NCBI GenBank assembly: GCA_963779615.1 | Contig: CAVZZA010000003.1 | Coordinates: 96,001 to 160,000 of the forward strand | DNA length: 64,000 bases | Reading direction: 5' to 3' | DNA from: an uncultured Nitrososphaeraceae archaeon | GTDB lineage: Archaea > Thermoproteota > Nitrososphaeria > Nitrososphaerales > Nitrososphaeraceae | In this document: positions 1-10,118 of the stretch, one piece after another | How the letters are laid out: each line of letters starts with the position of its first letter | How positions within the stretch are numbered: position 1 is the stretch's first letter | Notes under the pieces: model-generated | What the model saw: the letters and a program-made list of their open reading frames with translations, nothing else | What the model was told of the DNA's origin: nothing | Database searches by the model: none | Position numbers and translations under genes: made by a program

Positions 1-1
1 T

Positions 2-829
2 GGTTGCAAGGATGTCACAATTTTACATAGAGGCAAACAACCCTTGGAACGCTTTGATCCAGATCTTGTTAAACAATTAGTACAAAGGAGCCAAGAAATC
101 GGAATCGACATCAGGTTGCAAACGGCAGTAAAAAGAATAGATTTTTCTGATGATGGAAAGTTGGTTGTGCATTTTTCCAGTATTTCTAATTCTCAAGAGG
201 GTAGCGATAGTCTAAAATCAATGAAAGCAGACATGGTTGTCCATGGAGCTGGCCGGGTTCCAAATACCGAAGGACTTGATTTGATTATGGGAAAAATAGA
301 GTCCAACAACAGAGGAATAAAGGTCAATGAATACCTGCAAAGTATTTCAAACCCTGCCGTATATGCGGCGGGTGACGTCGCGGCAACAGCAGCAAGTGGT
401 GGCCTACCATTAACTCCTGTCGCAAGTTATGACGGAAACATTGTAGCGAATAACCTATTGAATGGAAATTCCGTCAAGTTCAACTATGATGGCCTGCCCA
501 GTGTAGTTTTCACCATCCCACCTATTGCATCAGTGGGTTTGCAGGAGAAAGAGGCAAAGGAGCAAGGCTTTCGGTTTAAAGTCAATCATAAGAACACATC
601 AAGCTGGTATTCCTCTAGGCGCGTGGGTGAAACCTGTTCTGGGTTCAAGGTATTAGTTGAGGAGGGCAGTGATAGGATCTTGGGCGCTCACCTAGTGGGT
701 CCACATTCTGAGGAAGTTATTAACATATTTTCTGTGGCTATCAGATTAGGGCTTGCTACAAAAGATCTCAACGACCCCATACTATATGCTTATCCCACCA
801 ACTCATCAGATGTAGTCTATATGCTATAG
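2..829 (+). CDS. Pyridine nucleotide-disulfide oxidoreductase (glutathione reductase/dihydrolipoamide dehydrogenase-like), 5' end outside window
   Basis: Frame is open from base 2. GAGRVPN, VYAAGD, PSVVFTIPPIASVGL and RILGAHL motifs; C-terminal YAYPT dimerisation segment. Confidence 0.9.
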   Translation, partial: GCKDVTILHRGKQPLERFDPDLVKQLVQRSQEIGIDIRLQTAVKRIDFSDDGKLVVHFSSISNSQEGSDSLKSMKADMVVHGAGRVPNTEGLDLIMGKIESNNRGIKVNEYLQSISNPAVYAAGDVAATAASGGLPLTPVASYDGNIVANNLLNGNSVKFNYDGLPSVVFTIPPIASVGLQEKEAKEQGFRFKVNHKNTSSWYSSRRVGETCSGFKVLVEEGSDRILGAHLVGPHSEEVINIFSVAIRLGLATKDLNDPILYAYPTNSSDVVYML

Positions 830-1579
830 ATTTTCCCTCGTTGTATTCTCGGTTTTATTTATTGACTCACTAAAGGATTTAGGGATCCTTATCCATATCC
901 TTGAAACTGCATTGTTCTTTCAATGATGATGATTATGCCGCCGCCGCCGCTTTTCTCACAATGGAAATAATGCATATGAGGGCCTAGTTTCAAGAACAGC
1001 CCCACAAGCATAAGGTGGATGCAAATATTACCACCGTTTGCTGTGGACAGTGGATGTTACCATTTTCCCTTGCTGGATACTACACCTACCATTATGCCGC
1101 AGCGGATAGGACCATACCTCAACTGTTCCTTGGGTTCCATATACCTCCTTCCCTTCCCCTTGCTCAACAAAGGTGACATAAATAACAATCCTATAGGAAC
1201 ATCCAGTATCCAATTTGCTCCACTCCGAATGAAAAATTGATGGAGTCAATTGTTATGACTCAACCTTTAACCTCTGCCATCTACCAGCCGTGTTTGATAA
1301 CATATGGAGCCAATAAATATAGCAATATTAGTGATATTGCCATCCATAGGCAATACCAAGGCATCAGGTACTTACAAGTCGTTTTCCCCTTTCGCAACAA
1401 ATAATGCTAAATCTTCACCAAAAGGCGATAAACCTACTGTTTATGCATAGAAATGGCTGAATCTATTATTGGATCATTATAGCATTGTATAGTGCCTTAG
1501 GTTTATTGACTATCGACTGAATTTGTTTATTAATTTGTTTATATTTTATGACGTGGATAATGAACATGAGCACCGTACC

Positions 1580-2653
1580 ATGACCTTGGAAAAAAAAGAT
1601 CAAGGTGTATTAGGAATACACCATGTTACAGCTATCGCACGTGACCCTCAAAAGAATTTTGATTTTTATGCAGGCATCCTGGGATTAAGATTGGTTAAAT
1701 TAACGGTAAATTTTGACGACATAACCACATATCATTTGTACTATGGTGATGAATTAGGGCGACCAGGAACCATACTTACATTTTTCCCATGGAAAAACAT
1801 ACATCAGGGATGGAGGGGAACAGGGGAAGTGGTCACTACATCATTTTTAATTCCTCAAAATGCTATCGACTACTGGAGTGATAGATTCGAGGATAAGGGA
1901 GTGGAACATACAGAACCCACTAGGCGATTTGACAATAATGAGCAAATTATAACATTTTATGATACGGATGGTTTAAAATTGGAACTTGTAGCCAATAAAG
2001 AAGCAGAAAATAGAAAAACAAATGCCTGGAAAAATTGCCCCATTCCTGCAGATTATGCTATCAGGGGACTTTATTCTGTTACTCTGTCTTTAGACGGATA
2101 CGATAAAACTGCATCTCTATTAACGAATGAAATTGGGTTTTCTAGAATAGCGCATGAAGGAAACAGATTTCGTTTCCAAATAAAAGACAAGTTCAATGAA
2201 TCCTCATTAAAGAATCCTGACAGCAATGAGTATGAAAGATCTATGCATTCTACATCATCTATTGTTGACATAGTCTGTCTTCCATACACACAGCCTGGAA
2301 CCATTGGTGCAGGCAGCGTTCATCATGTTGCATGGCGAACTCCAACTGATGAAAGTCAATTAGAAATGCGAAAAAAAATTACAAGAACAGGGTTAAACGC
2401 AACCCCCGTAATTGATCGCTTATACTTTCATTCAGTATATTTTAGGGAACCAGGAGGCGTTCTTTTTGAGATAGCAACAGACCCCCCTGGCTTTTTGATA
2501 AATCAAAAACCGGAGGAGTTAGGACAAAAGCTTGTCTTACCCAAGTGGTTGGAGCCTAAACGAGGTTACATTGAAAAGACTTTGCCATCAATTGACGTTA
2601 CAAATATTGGAAATATTAACTCGATAAAAGAGAGCAGGAGCGATTTAAATTGA
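1580..2653 (+). CDS. Ring-cleaving dioxygenase, VOC/glyoxalase family (MhqA/MhqO/MhqE-like)
   Basis: GIHHVTAIA, LRLVKLTVNFDD, HLYYGD, TFFPW, VHHVAWR and YFHSVYFREPGGVLFEIATDPPGF motifs. ATG at 1580 preferred over TTG at 1523. Confidence 0.92.
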   Translation: MTLEKKDQGVLGIHHVTAIARDPQKNFDFYAGILGLRLVKLTVNFDDITTYHLYYGDELGRPGTILTFFPWKNIHQGWRGTGEVVTTSFLIPQNAIDYWSDRFEDKGVEHTEPTRRFDNNEQIITFYDTDGLKLELVANKEAENRKTNAWKNCPIPADYAIRGLYSVTLSLDGYDKTASLLTNEIGFSRIAHEGNRFRFQIKDKFNESSLKNPDSNEYERSMHSTSSIVDIVCLPYTQPGTIGAGSVHHVAWRTPTDESQLEMRKKITRTGLNATPVIDRLYFHSVYFREPGGVLFEIATDPPGFLINQKPEELGQKLVLPKWLEPKRGYIEKTLPSIDVTNIGNINSIKESRSDLN

Positions 2654-3321
2654 GTGATGAAAGCCTTAATTTTATACATCGTTTTATGCCATCAACTACA
2701 AGTTCTGAAAAAGAGTACGGTAGTGATGAAAATAAAATAAAATCATTGTCCCCAACTTTATTACTGCTCCATGGGACAGGGGGAAATGAAAGGGATTTGA
2801 TACCGCTTGGTCGCAGGATATATCCAAATTCATCCATACTTAGTCCAAGGGGTAAAGTGTTGGAACATGGAATGCCCCGATTCTTTAGGAGATTAGCGGA
2901 AGGAGTTTTTGACATAGAGGATCTTAGGTTTAGAACACGGGAATTGGCAAAATTTGTTTATGAAGCATCGTTAAAGTATTCATTTGATTTAGGCAAAACA
3001 GTTGCTGTAGGCTTTTCAAATGGCGCAAACATTGGTGCAAGTCTCCTTTTACTTGATCCTCAAGTTATAGCAGGTGCTGTATTGTTTCGCCCCATGGTAC
3101 CATTTATTCCCAATGACCCTTTACCTGACTTGTCCGAAAAGAAAGTATTTATTTTGTCAGGACAATACGACCCCATTGTCTCAAAAAAGCAAGCAGAAGA
3201 TTTATTTTCATTATTGGAAGGTTCTGGTGCAAAAGTGGAAATGCAATGGCAGGCAAGTGGACACGAGATAACCCAAAACGATGTACAGGTTGCAAAAAAA
3301 TGGCTATCAGAGAATTTCTAA
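2650..3321 (+). CDS. Alpha/beta hydrolase, phospholipase/carboxylesterase (MhqD-like)
   Basis: LLLHGTGGNE, GFSNGA nucleophile elbow, D and GH catalytic motifs; 4-nt overlap with the dioxygenase. Confidence 0.9.
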   Translation: MSDESLNFIHRFMPSTTSSEKEYGSDENKIKSLSPTLLLLHGTGGNERDLIPLGRRIYPNSSILSPRGKVLEHGMPRFFRRLAEGVFDIEDLRFRTRELAKFVYEASLKYSFDLGKTVAVGFSNGANIGASLLLLDPQVIAGAVLFRPMVPFIPNDPLPDLSEKKVFILSGQYDPIVSKKQAEDLFSLLEGSGAKVEMQWQASGHEITQNDVQVAKKWLSENF

Positions 3322-3374
3322 ACATCCCATAACAACAGTTATCGATAAATAATTAATTAGTAATATACACATCA

Positions 3375-4298
3375 TTGGATAACGAACACTGGCCAGCACT
3401 GCCATTGGAAGAGTGGAAAGACACATACGACACACTTCACAGATGGACTCAAATAGTCGGAAAGATTCGACTTGCAACCGCACCGCTGGAGAATCACTGG
3501 TGGAATACCACCCTGTATGTCAACCCCAGGGGACTCACGACATCAGCCATGCACTATAATGGCACAACCTTCCAGATGGACTTTGATTTCATTGATCACA
3601 ACCTTCTAATCCAAACTAATGAGGGCTCTACGAAGACAATTGCGTTGCGTCCCCGCTCTGTGGCTGATTTTTATCAAGAAACGGTATCTGCCTTGGGGGA
3701 CCTTGAGATTTACGTTCCCATCTGGACGACACCTGTGGAAGTGCAGGATCGAACCCCTTTTGAGGAAGATGACAAGCACGCCTCATACAATCCTGAATAT
3801 GTGCAGCGATTATGGAGTATTTTATCACAGACAAGCAGAGTATTTACCGAGTTTCGATCTCATTTTATAGGCAAGGTGAGCCCGGTCCATTTTTTCTGGG
3901 GTGCGTTTGATCTTGCCGTTACGCGCTTTTCGGGACGTAGTGCCCCACCGCATCCAGGAGCATCAAACCTTGCCCGATTTGTCGCTGTTGAAGCATATAC
4001 CCATGAAGTCAGTAGTTGCGGCTTCTGGCCAGGCGGTGGTCCTATAGACGAACCTGTGTTCTATGCATATGCCTATCCTGAACCAACGGGATTTAAGGAC
4101 TTTAATATCCAGGCACCAAATGCATTCTATAGTTCAGATATGAAAGAATTCCTATTGCCCTATGAGACAGTTAGAACCTCCGAATCCCCCGATAGCGTCT
4201 TGATGACTTTCCTGCAAAGCACCTATGAGGCAGCAGCGACCCTTGCAAAGTGGGATAGGCAAGCATTGGAGCGTCAGCATAATGTGATTTATCCATAA
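3375..4298 (+). CDS. DUF5996 family protein
   Basis: WPAL..EWKDT..TLH.WTQIVGKIRL, NHWW, SPVHFFWGAFDLAVTRFSGR and GFWPGG motifs. Confidence 0.85.
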   Translation: MDNEHWPALPLEEWKDTYDTLHRWTQIVGKIRLATAPLENHWWNTTLYVNPRGLTTSAMHYNGTTFQMDFDFIDHNLLIQTNEGSTKTIALRPRSVADFYQETVSALGDLEIYVPIWTTPVEVQDRTPFEEDDKHASYNPEYVQRLWSILSQTSRVFTEFRSHFIGKVSPVHFFWGAFDLAVTRFSGRSAPPHPGASNLARFVAVEAYTHEVSSCGFWPGGGPIDEPVFYAYAYPEPTGFKDFNIQAPNAFYSSDMKEFLLPYETVRTSESPDSVLMTFLQSTYEAAATLAKWDRQALERQHNVIYP

Positions 4299-5248
4299 CA
4301 ATTGCAAATTCTGACAAGAATGCCCCTTGTTTCTTTTGTTATTTGGTATCTTGTTTATGCATTAAATTTAATGCATTAAAGTTACAAATTCCAATACAGC
4401 AAATCCATTCGCTCAGGCAAACGCATAGAAAAAGGGTGCAGACCTTTTGACCAATTCTGAAAAGTCTTTGTTATCTTTATGATATTTTACTAATATCTTG
4501 TTTGTCATGCCAAAACGTTTGAAGTACGACTACTGATTGCATGTTATCATTACACATATTACCGGTATCCTCCATCATAGAGCAAAATCCTTGAAAACCT
4601 TTTATCTTGTCTTTAATGGAGTAAAGAAATTACAGAACATATATACAACTTTATATTTATTTTTAGATATGCCACTTACCCCATTATTGCATTTTATATG
4701 TTCTATATCAGAAAGTTTATCCATTAATTTCATATCACGCATGAAAGAGATTTGGATTATTAACCTTATTGACAGAACCCATTATTAAAAATATTAAACA
4801 GTATAAAATACGGTATATTGTTGCATCTTACGGTAACAGACATCCAATTGATATCCAATTCTCCGCAAGGAATAGCAGTAATTGAACAGGGTTCAGAAGA
4901 TCTTTATACCTATGTTAACATTATTACTTTTGGAATTGACGTTGCAGCAGGAATTATTGGTGGTATTTCATCACTTATTGCTATAAGTTGATTAGATATA
5001 TTATATATAATATCGTCTTTTAATTTGTACTTTGTTTATTAAAAAATTTAACCCAAGATAACAATTTAATAATCCTAACAATTTATCATCGATTAAAGAA
5101 GGTTAAATAGCCATATAATCCAGTTACGGTTTAGCAATATTTTTGCTATATCTTAACAAGGAAAAGTATTCTTAATGATTAACGCATTCTATATCTCTAT
5201 GCTCATAGCAAATTTTGAAAAAAAATCAAAGATAAAAAAAGAAAGCCG

Positions 5249-6214
5249 CTATTTGTTTGGAACGTAGACATGGACATCAGAGTCTTTTCCATCACCTACA
5301 TATACATCCCCAATGGAGCTTATAGCTATTCCTACAGGGTCCTCAAACCGTTCCTCAAGAGGACCAGTGTTACCAAATTGGGCAAAATAATTCCCGTTGT
5401 TATCAAACACCTGTACACGGTTGTTGTCATTATCAACCACATACACATTATCCGCGGAATCTATTGCCATTTCAATTGGATTATCAAACTGACCATTCCC
5501 CTTTCCATAAGAGCCAAAACTCATCAAAAAGTTCCCGTTTTTATCAAATTTTTGTATTCTGTCATTGCCCGAGTCCGCTACAAAAATGTAATCAAGAGAA
5601 TCTATCGATACATCAGTAGGATCGATAAATTGACCATTCCCCTTTCCATAAGAGCCAAAACTCATCAAAAAGTTCCCGTTTTTATCAAATTTTTGTACAT
5701 TGTTTTTTTCACCAAAGTCAGTAGCATATACGTTGTCTTCTTGGTCTACACCCAAACCACCTGGATTGATAAACTGCCCAGGTCCCAAACCAAATGATCC
5801 AAAGGAACGGTTGAATGTTCCGTTTTTATCAAATTCTTTGATAGCATAATTTGGGTTTCCAAAATCCGCCACGAAGATATTATCTTTTGAATCTATAGCG
5901 ATACCTGAAGGGTGAGTAAAATATTGGGGACCGTTACCTAATATTCCGAACCCTAAAATATAGGTCCCATTAGGTGTAAGTTTTTGTATCATTTTGGTAG
6001 AGTATCCGTTGAAGTCTGCCACATACACATTATTTGCCGAGTCTATACCTATACCAGTGACTTGTTTGAACTGTCCTAGGGACACGCCTTTTTCACCCCA
6101 CATTGTCTTGTGTGAAAATTCAAGGGCAAAAGTAAAAAGAGGGATTAAACTTACTATTACTAAAAAATACAACACCATTGTCAGACCAAAGATAAAAAAT
6201 GGTTCAACTTTCAT
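5249..6214 (-). CDS. Secreted/membrane-anchored NHL-repeat six-bladed beta-propeller
   Basis: N-terminal hydrophobic segment, then six GxxxGQF..P.GIAID...YVAD repeats. Confidence 0.9.
   Translation of the reverse strand: MKVEPFFIFGLTMVLYFLVIVSLIPLFTFALEFSHKTMWGEKGVSLGQFKQVTGIGIDSANNVYVADFNGYSTKMIQKLTPNGTYILGFGILGNGPQYFTHPSGIAIDSKDNIFVADFGNPNYAIKEFDKNGTFNRSFGSFGLGPGQFINPGGLGVDQEDNVYATDFGEKNNVQKFDKNGNFLMSFGSYGKGNGQFIDPTDVSIDSLDYIFVADSGNDRIQKFDKNGNFLMSFGSYGKGNGQFDNPIEMAIDSADNVYVVDNDNNRVQVFDNNGNYFAQFGNTGPLEERFEDPVGIAISSIGDVYVGDGKDSDVHVYVPNK
5490..5697. repeat. Identical 67-bp intragenic direct repeat (5490-5556 and 5631-5697)
   Basis: tgaccattcccctttcc...aaatttttgta occurs twice, 141 bp apart; it encodes QKFDKNGNFLMSFGSYGKGNGQ in adjacent blades. 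Confidence 0.95.
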
Positions 6215-6739
6215 AACATCCTATCAAGAGGTATAATTTAAATACTTTTAATTTTCCCGGCAAAACCGCCAAAGGGAAGTGCAACCCTATAATATGTTGG
6301 AAAGCCTAAGGGATAAACAGGTTCTGGAAAATAATCAAAAATTGTCATCAGAAACAAAATCTTTTTTAGAAAAAAAGCAATGTCGAGACATTTGGATTAA
6401 CTACAGGATTCGGAGGATTGACCAAGTTGCTTGTTTTTTCACTCTTGATAATGGGAAGCCACTGCTTTTGTTTAATGAAGAACTAAGGTTGGATGAATTT
6501 CATCAATTGCGTACAGGTTTTTTACTACGCTCATGATAATAGACACCATAAGAATGTTCATATTGACTTTCATCACTCCACCCCTTACAATGAAAACCAG
6601 TATCAAAACAACAAAGCAATGAAGACATTTTCAATATTAAATTAATTGAGTTGATTGTTGATTTTGTTTAAATCCCAGAAAGAGCGGAATTTAAATGAAA
6701 AAAGGATGCACTGAATATAAAAAAAGGATAACTACTTCC

Positions 6740-6949
6740 TTATTCATACATGGTTTTCTCAGACTTGTTTGATCCTTCTTTTGCTTCCTCATAAATTATC
6801 ATTGCAGAGTGATACATCTCATTGTCTTTAAACGTCATAGAATATTTTATATTAATCAAGTTATTCTTGCCAACTTGTTCAAGGTAACTGTTTACGCCTT
6901 TTTCCAAGTTCCCCTCATCGCTTGATTTAAAAATTTTGATTTTTACCAT
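6740..6949 (-). CDS. Small Cse60/DUF2758-like protein
   Basis: VKIKIF.....LEK.VN.YL......INIKYS........SAMIIYE pattern matches what I recall of the Cse60 family. Confidence 0.65.
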   Translation of the reverse strand: MVKIKIFKSSDEGNLEKGVNSYLEQVGKNNLINIKYSMTFKDNEMYHSAMIIYEEAKEGSNKSEKTMYE

Positions 6950-7075
6950 AATTATTAAAGTATTTTGTCTTATTTGAATTTTAAATTTTTGGGTTCTGTT
7001 AACTTGGTTAGGATAATACTTGAGGCTTTATAGCCCTAGTGAGTATATATAAACTATTTTAAACATTATTGACTA

Positions 7076-7228
7076 ATGAATGACTTTGATAAATCCGTAA
7101 AGAAGATGAAAGATGCACAACAAGATGTTGATGCAAAGGTGGAAACTTCACAAGACCATGCAGAAGGAAAACCAAGTTCAGAAACACTGAACAAGGCAAA
7201 AAACAAGATTAAGGATGCACTCTCCTAA
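7076..7228 (+). CDS. 50-aa hydrophilic small protein (hydrophilin/LEA/CsbD-like), missing from the ORF track
   Basis: MNDFDKSVKKMKDAQQDVDAKVETSQDHAEGKPSSETLNKAKNKIKDALS*. TATATATAAA lies about 25-30 nt upstream and a T-tract follows the stop. Confidence 0.7.
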   Translation: MNDFDKSVKKMKDAQQDVDAKVETSQDHAEGKPSSETLNKAKNKIKDALS

Positions 7229-7612
7229 ATTTTTTTAGTTCTGCTCATTCTATAGGTATTATTTTGTGTTTAAAATATAGATAAAATAAAACTTTGAAAT
7301 TTTTAATGATATGTATTTTTGCAGTTACTATCGTACCATTATATGTAAAACCTTTTTTTTATCCTATGGGGTAATTGCCAAAATGGGTTCAAGATCTAAA
7401 ATGCTATTACTCTCATATGCCTACCAAATAGAGTAAAAAACCGCAAGCCAGTCTCTAATCATTTGTTAAGTTTTTCAACAGGTCTAACTGCAAACAATGG
7501 TGTGAATAAGCATGGAGCAAAAGGATGGTAACAAATTAAATTTAAGAATAGCAAAATACACAGCAGGACAGCAGAATTGACAATATGTTATTTCAAAAAA
7601 CAATCAGGCTGT

Positions 7613-9601
7613 TTATTCCCCATTTTTCGCTTTGTCGTCTTTATGCTGGTTATCTGAATTAACGTATATCAAATTTATGAGCAATGGGGATAGTGTGGGG
7701 GGAGATGCCCTAATCTTTTTGGTTGCAATGTTATAGTAATGATCGACTAACTCGTTAAAGTGGTGGATCTGTCTGGCCATTAAACTTATGAAAGAAACTG
7801 CGGTTTGGCATTGTGAAGAAAGATCCTGCTTTTGCCTGTTTAATTCACTCGTTTCTCTCTTTGTTTTTTCCAGTGTCTGCTGTTGTTCTTTTATCGATGA
7901 GTTTATGTTCCCCAATTTTCTCAGATTCTCTATAAATGATTTCCAGTGTTCTGCTCTGTTACTGTTGTTGTTACTGTTACTGACATTTACGGCTTTGCTG
8001 CCCTTGTCTGTGCTGCCTTTGCTGCACTCGCCTTGAGGATCCAACTGTAACTTGCCACTTGCGGTTTCTGTCACCAATTGGCTGATGCTTATGATGTCAC
8101 TTTCGCTTATTCCGTTTTGGAAGAGATAATGCAAGGTTGTGCCTACAAATGGTGCTGATTGCATTGCCAGCCTATTGTTGTTCAGCTCTTGCTCTGCCTT
8201 AAAAAGCTCTTTTCTTTTTTCCTTGACTTTGTCTTCCAACAAAAACTTGTCATGGTAGTTTTCCTCAATGTCCCTTATGAACAAGGACACTGCATCTTGT
8301 GATGATAGGAAATCCTTTCTTGTTCCGGCAATTTCCAAAATGGTGTTCCATATCTGTTTTAGCTCTGTTAGTCCAAAATTCATTGCCTGCAGTTGCCCAT
8401 ACACACCCATCGTTTGCCTGTGCATGCTTACCTGAGATTCTAAATGTGAAACCAGGTTTTGCAAAGAACTTTTTTGTTCAAAGAGTTCATTGACCTCTTT
8501 CTGGTTTTCCGTTATTTGCAATTTGAGGGACAGTGAATTTTTATACGCCCTTATTATTTCGGCTGCGTCATAACCCTTCTCCTTAAAGTCATGGATTAGC
8601 TTGGCTAGTTCCTTTATGCCCTCATCCATGTTAATGTCATAGGTATCCCTTAACACTTTTTTTAGGTCTGCAAATATCTGAAGGTAGGTCATGGTGTTTT
8701 TTTCCCTCTTGTTTGTTATGGCAAGATTCTCCTCTGCCTGAGTCCTTTGCAACTCTAGTTCCTTTATTTCCTCCATTGCCTTTTTTCTGTATTCCTCAGC
8801 CTTGGAGTATTCTTTTTTCATTTGGGCAATACACAAAGAAATTCGGGAAACAAACGGCATTTCAGTTTCATCATTTGGATAGGGGGAGGAAGAGGGGGAG
8901 GCTGTTTGTTTTGATTTGGCATCAGGATGGTTTTCCTTTACCTGCGTGAGAGAGTTAAGACCGTCATCATTATCCTCCCGTGAACTGAAACCTGGTGTTT
9001 TGCCTGTTTTCTGGGGTTGCTGATATTGTGGTTGCCGGGTGGTGGTTGTGATGGTGTTATCCAGTCCACTTGCACTTAGCTTCGGTTGGGCATACCTGTT
9101 TCCATCCTTGTCAAAACCATCATCATCGACATCATAGTTGCCGTTTGGGGAAAAGGGTGACTTGTTTTTGTTGTTGGGGGAAGTGCCGTAAAAGTCAAAC
9201 AAGTCTTTAATCCATGCTGGTACGGTTGAGGGTGCAAGACCTTGCCTTTTGCAGTTCTTATAGACGTCCTCTATAAAGGAGGCGAACTCGTCGTAGTTGC
9301 CCTCGTATTTGTTATCGATGCCATCATCATCACCTTCATGTATGTCAAGTCTTTTCAGTATACCTATCATCCTAAAGCCCTGGGCGCATTGCCCAATCGA
9401 TATCTCCGACTTCCTGACCTTGATCGAAAACTCCCTCAGCGTGTCAATGTCGGGTGTCCCGATTTCTCCTTTCCAGTCGTTTATCAAATAATGCACCTTG
9501 CCTTTTGAGACATTGGTTTCTGAGGCTATTTGGTCCATCGATTTGCCGTTTAGGTAGCCTTGTATCACTAGCGATATGCCGGTTTGTTTTGAACTTGACA
9601 T
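7613..9601 (-). CDS. Uncharacterised protein with N-terminal HTH, disordered linker and long coiled coil
   Basis: YLNGKSMDQIASETNVSKGKVHYLINDWK is HTH-like; heptad-rich C-terminal two-thirds; paralog at 26410-28239. Confidence 0.85.
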   Translation of the reverse strand: MSSSKQTGISLVIQGYLNGKSMDQIASETNVSKGKVHYLINDWKGEIGTPDIDTLREFSIKVRKSEISIGQCAQGFRMIGILKRLDIHEGDDDGIDNKYEGNYDEFASFIEDVYKNCKRQGLAPSTVPAWIKDLFDFYGTSPNNKNKSPFSPNGNYDVDDDGFDKDGNRYAQPKLSASGLDNTITTTTRQPQYQQPQKTGKTPGFSSREDNDDGLNSLTQVKENHPDAKSKQTASPSSSPYPNDETEMPFVSRISLCIAQMKKEYSKAEEYRKKAMEEIKELELQRTQAEENLAITNKREKNTMTYLQIFADLKKVLRDTYDINMDEGIKELAKLIHDFKEKGYDAAEIIRAYKNSLSLKLQITENQKEVNELFEQKSSLQNLVSHLESQVSMHRQTMGVYGQLQAMNFGLTELKQIWNTILEIAGTRKDFLSSQDAVSLFIRDIEENYHDKFLLEDKVKEKRKELFKAEQELNNNRLAMQSAPFVGTTLHYLFQNGISESDIISISQLVTETASGKLQLDPQGECSKGSTDKGSKAVNVSNSNNNSNRAEHWKSFIENLRKLGNINSSIKEQQQTLEKTKRETSELNRQKQDLSSQCQTAVSFISLMARQIHHFNELVDHYYNIATKKIRASPPTLSPLLINLIYVNSDNQHKDDKAKNGE

Positions 9602-9620
9602 TTATGGTATAGATAATATA

Positions 9621-9690
9621 TGGTCAAGTAGTATTTAAATTCGGTCATTTTGATCAATAAAGCGGTCAAAATAGTCAATTATTCGGTCAA
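9621..9690 (-). promoter_or_regulatory. Phased TGACC repeat array overlapping the promoter of the HTH-coiled-coil gene
   Basis: GGTCA (+ strand) at 9622, 9643, 9664 and 9685 (exact 21-bp period), one-mismatch copies at 9652 and 9673, TATA-like ATTTAAAT at 9633-9640. Confidence 0.7.
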
Positions 9691-9695
9691 ATATA

Positions 9696-10096
9696 ATGGT
9701 GCTTGGGGATGAGGTGATTATGCTCTGTTGGGCAGGGGCCAAAAGACGTATTCCATATGCTAAAACAAAAGAAGGTAAAAAAAGAAAACTGCAACATCCA
9801 TGTCTTGATAAAGCATATAATTCCGAGCCCGAAGAGCAAGCAATTGCAAAAAGAGGATATGTACCACATTTACCGTACAGGAGAAAAAAAGGAGAGGTCA
9901 AGAAAGATACGGAAAAGATCATAAATCGCAAAAAACATCCTGCAAGAAGATGGGTTGTGGAGAGAACCAACTCATGGCACAGCAGGTCCAGAAAGCTGTT
10001 CACATGGTATGAAAAGAAAGCAGAGAGATACCTTGGCTTGGTGCAGCTATCATATGGTATCATAATCTACAGAAAGATAGTTTTGGGATAGGCTCT
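9696..10096 (+). mobile_element. IS5-family (IS427/IS1031-like) transposase C-terminal fragment with right end
   Basis: CLDKAYNS and RRWVVERTNSW DDE motifs; GGATAGGCTC-TTA terminus just after the stop; left part missing. Confidence 0.8.
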
Positions 10097-10118
10097 TAAT
10101 TTGCTTAACTGTTTTATG

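Noticed and set aside
1019-1345. Short overlapping ORFs on both strands
   Set aside because: No recognisable motif; at most an eroded membrane-protein remnant.
4800-4991. Short hydrophobic frame (IITFGIDVAAGIIGGISSLIAIS)
   Set aside because: Could be a truncated membrane gene, but it is too short to assign.
5270-5797. Antisense ORF with a repeated peptide, and similar shadow ORFs throughout the track
   Set aside because: They lie opposite well-supported genes and only mirror their sequence.
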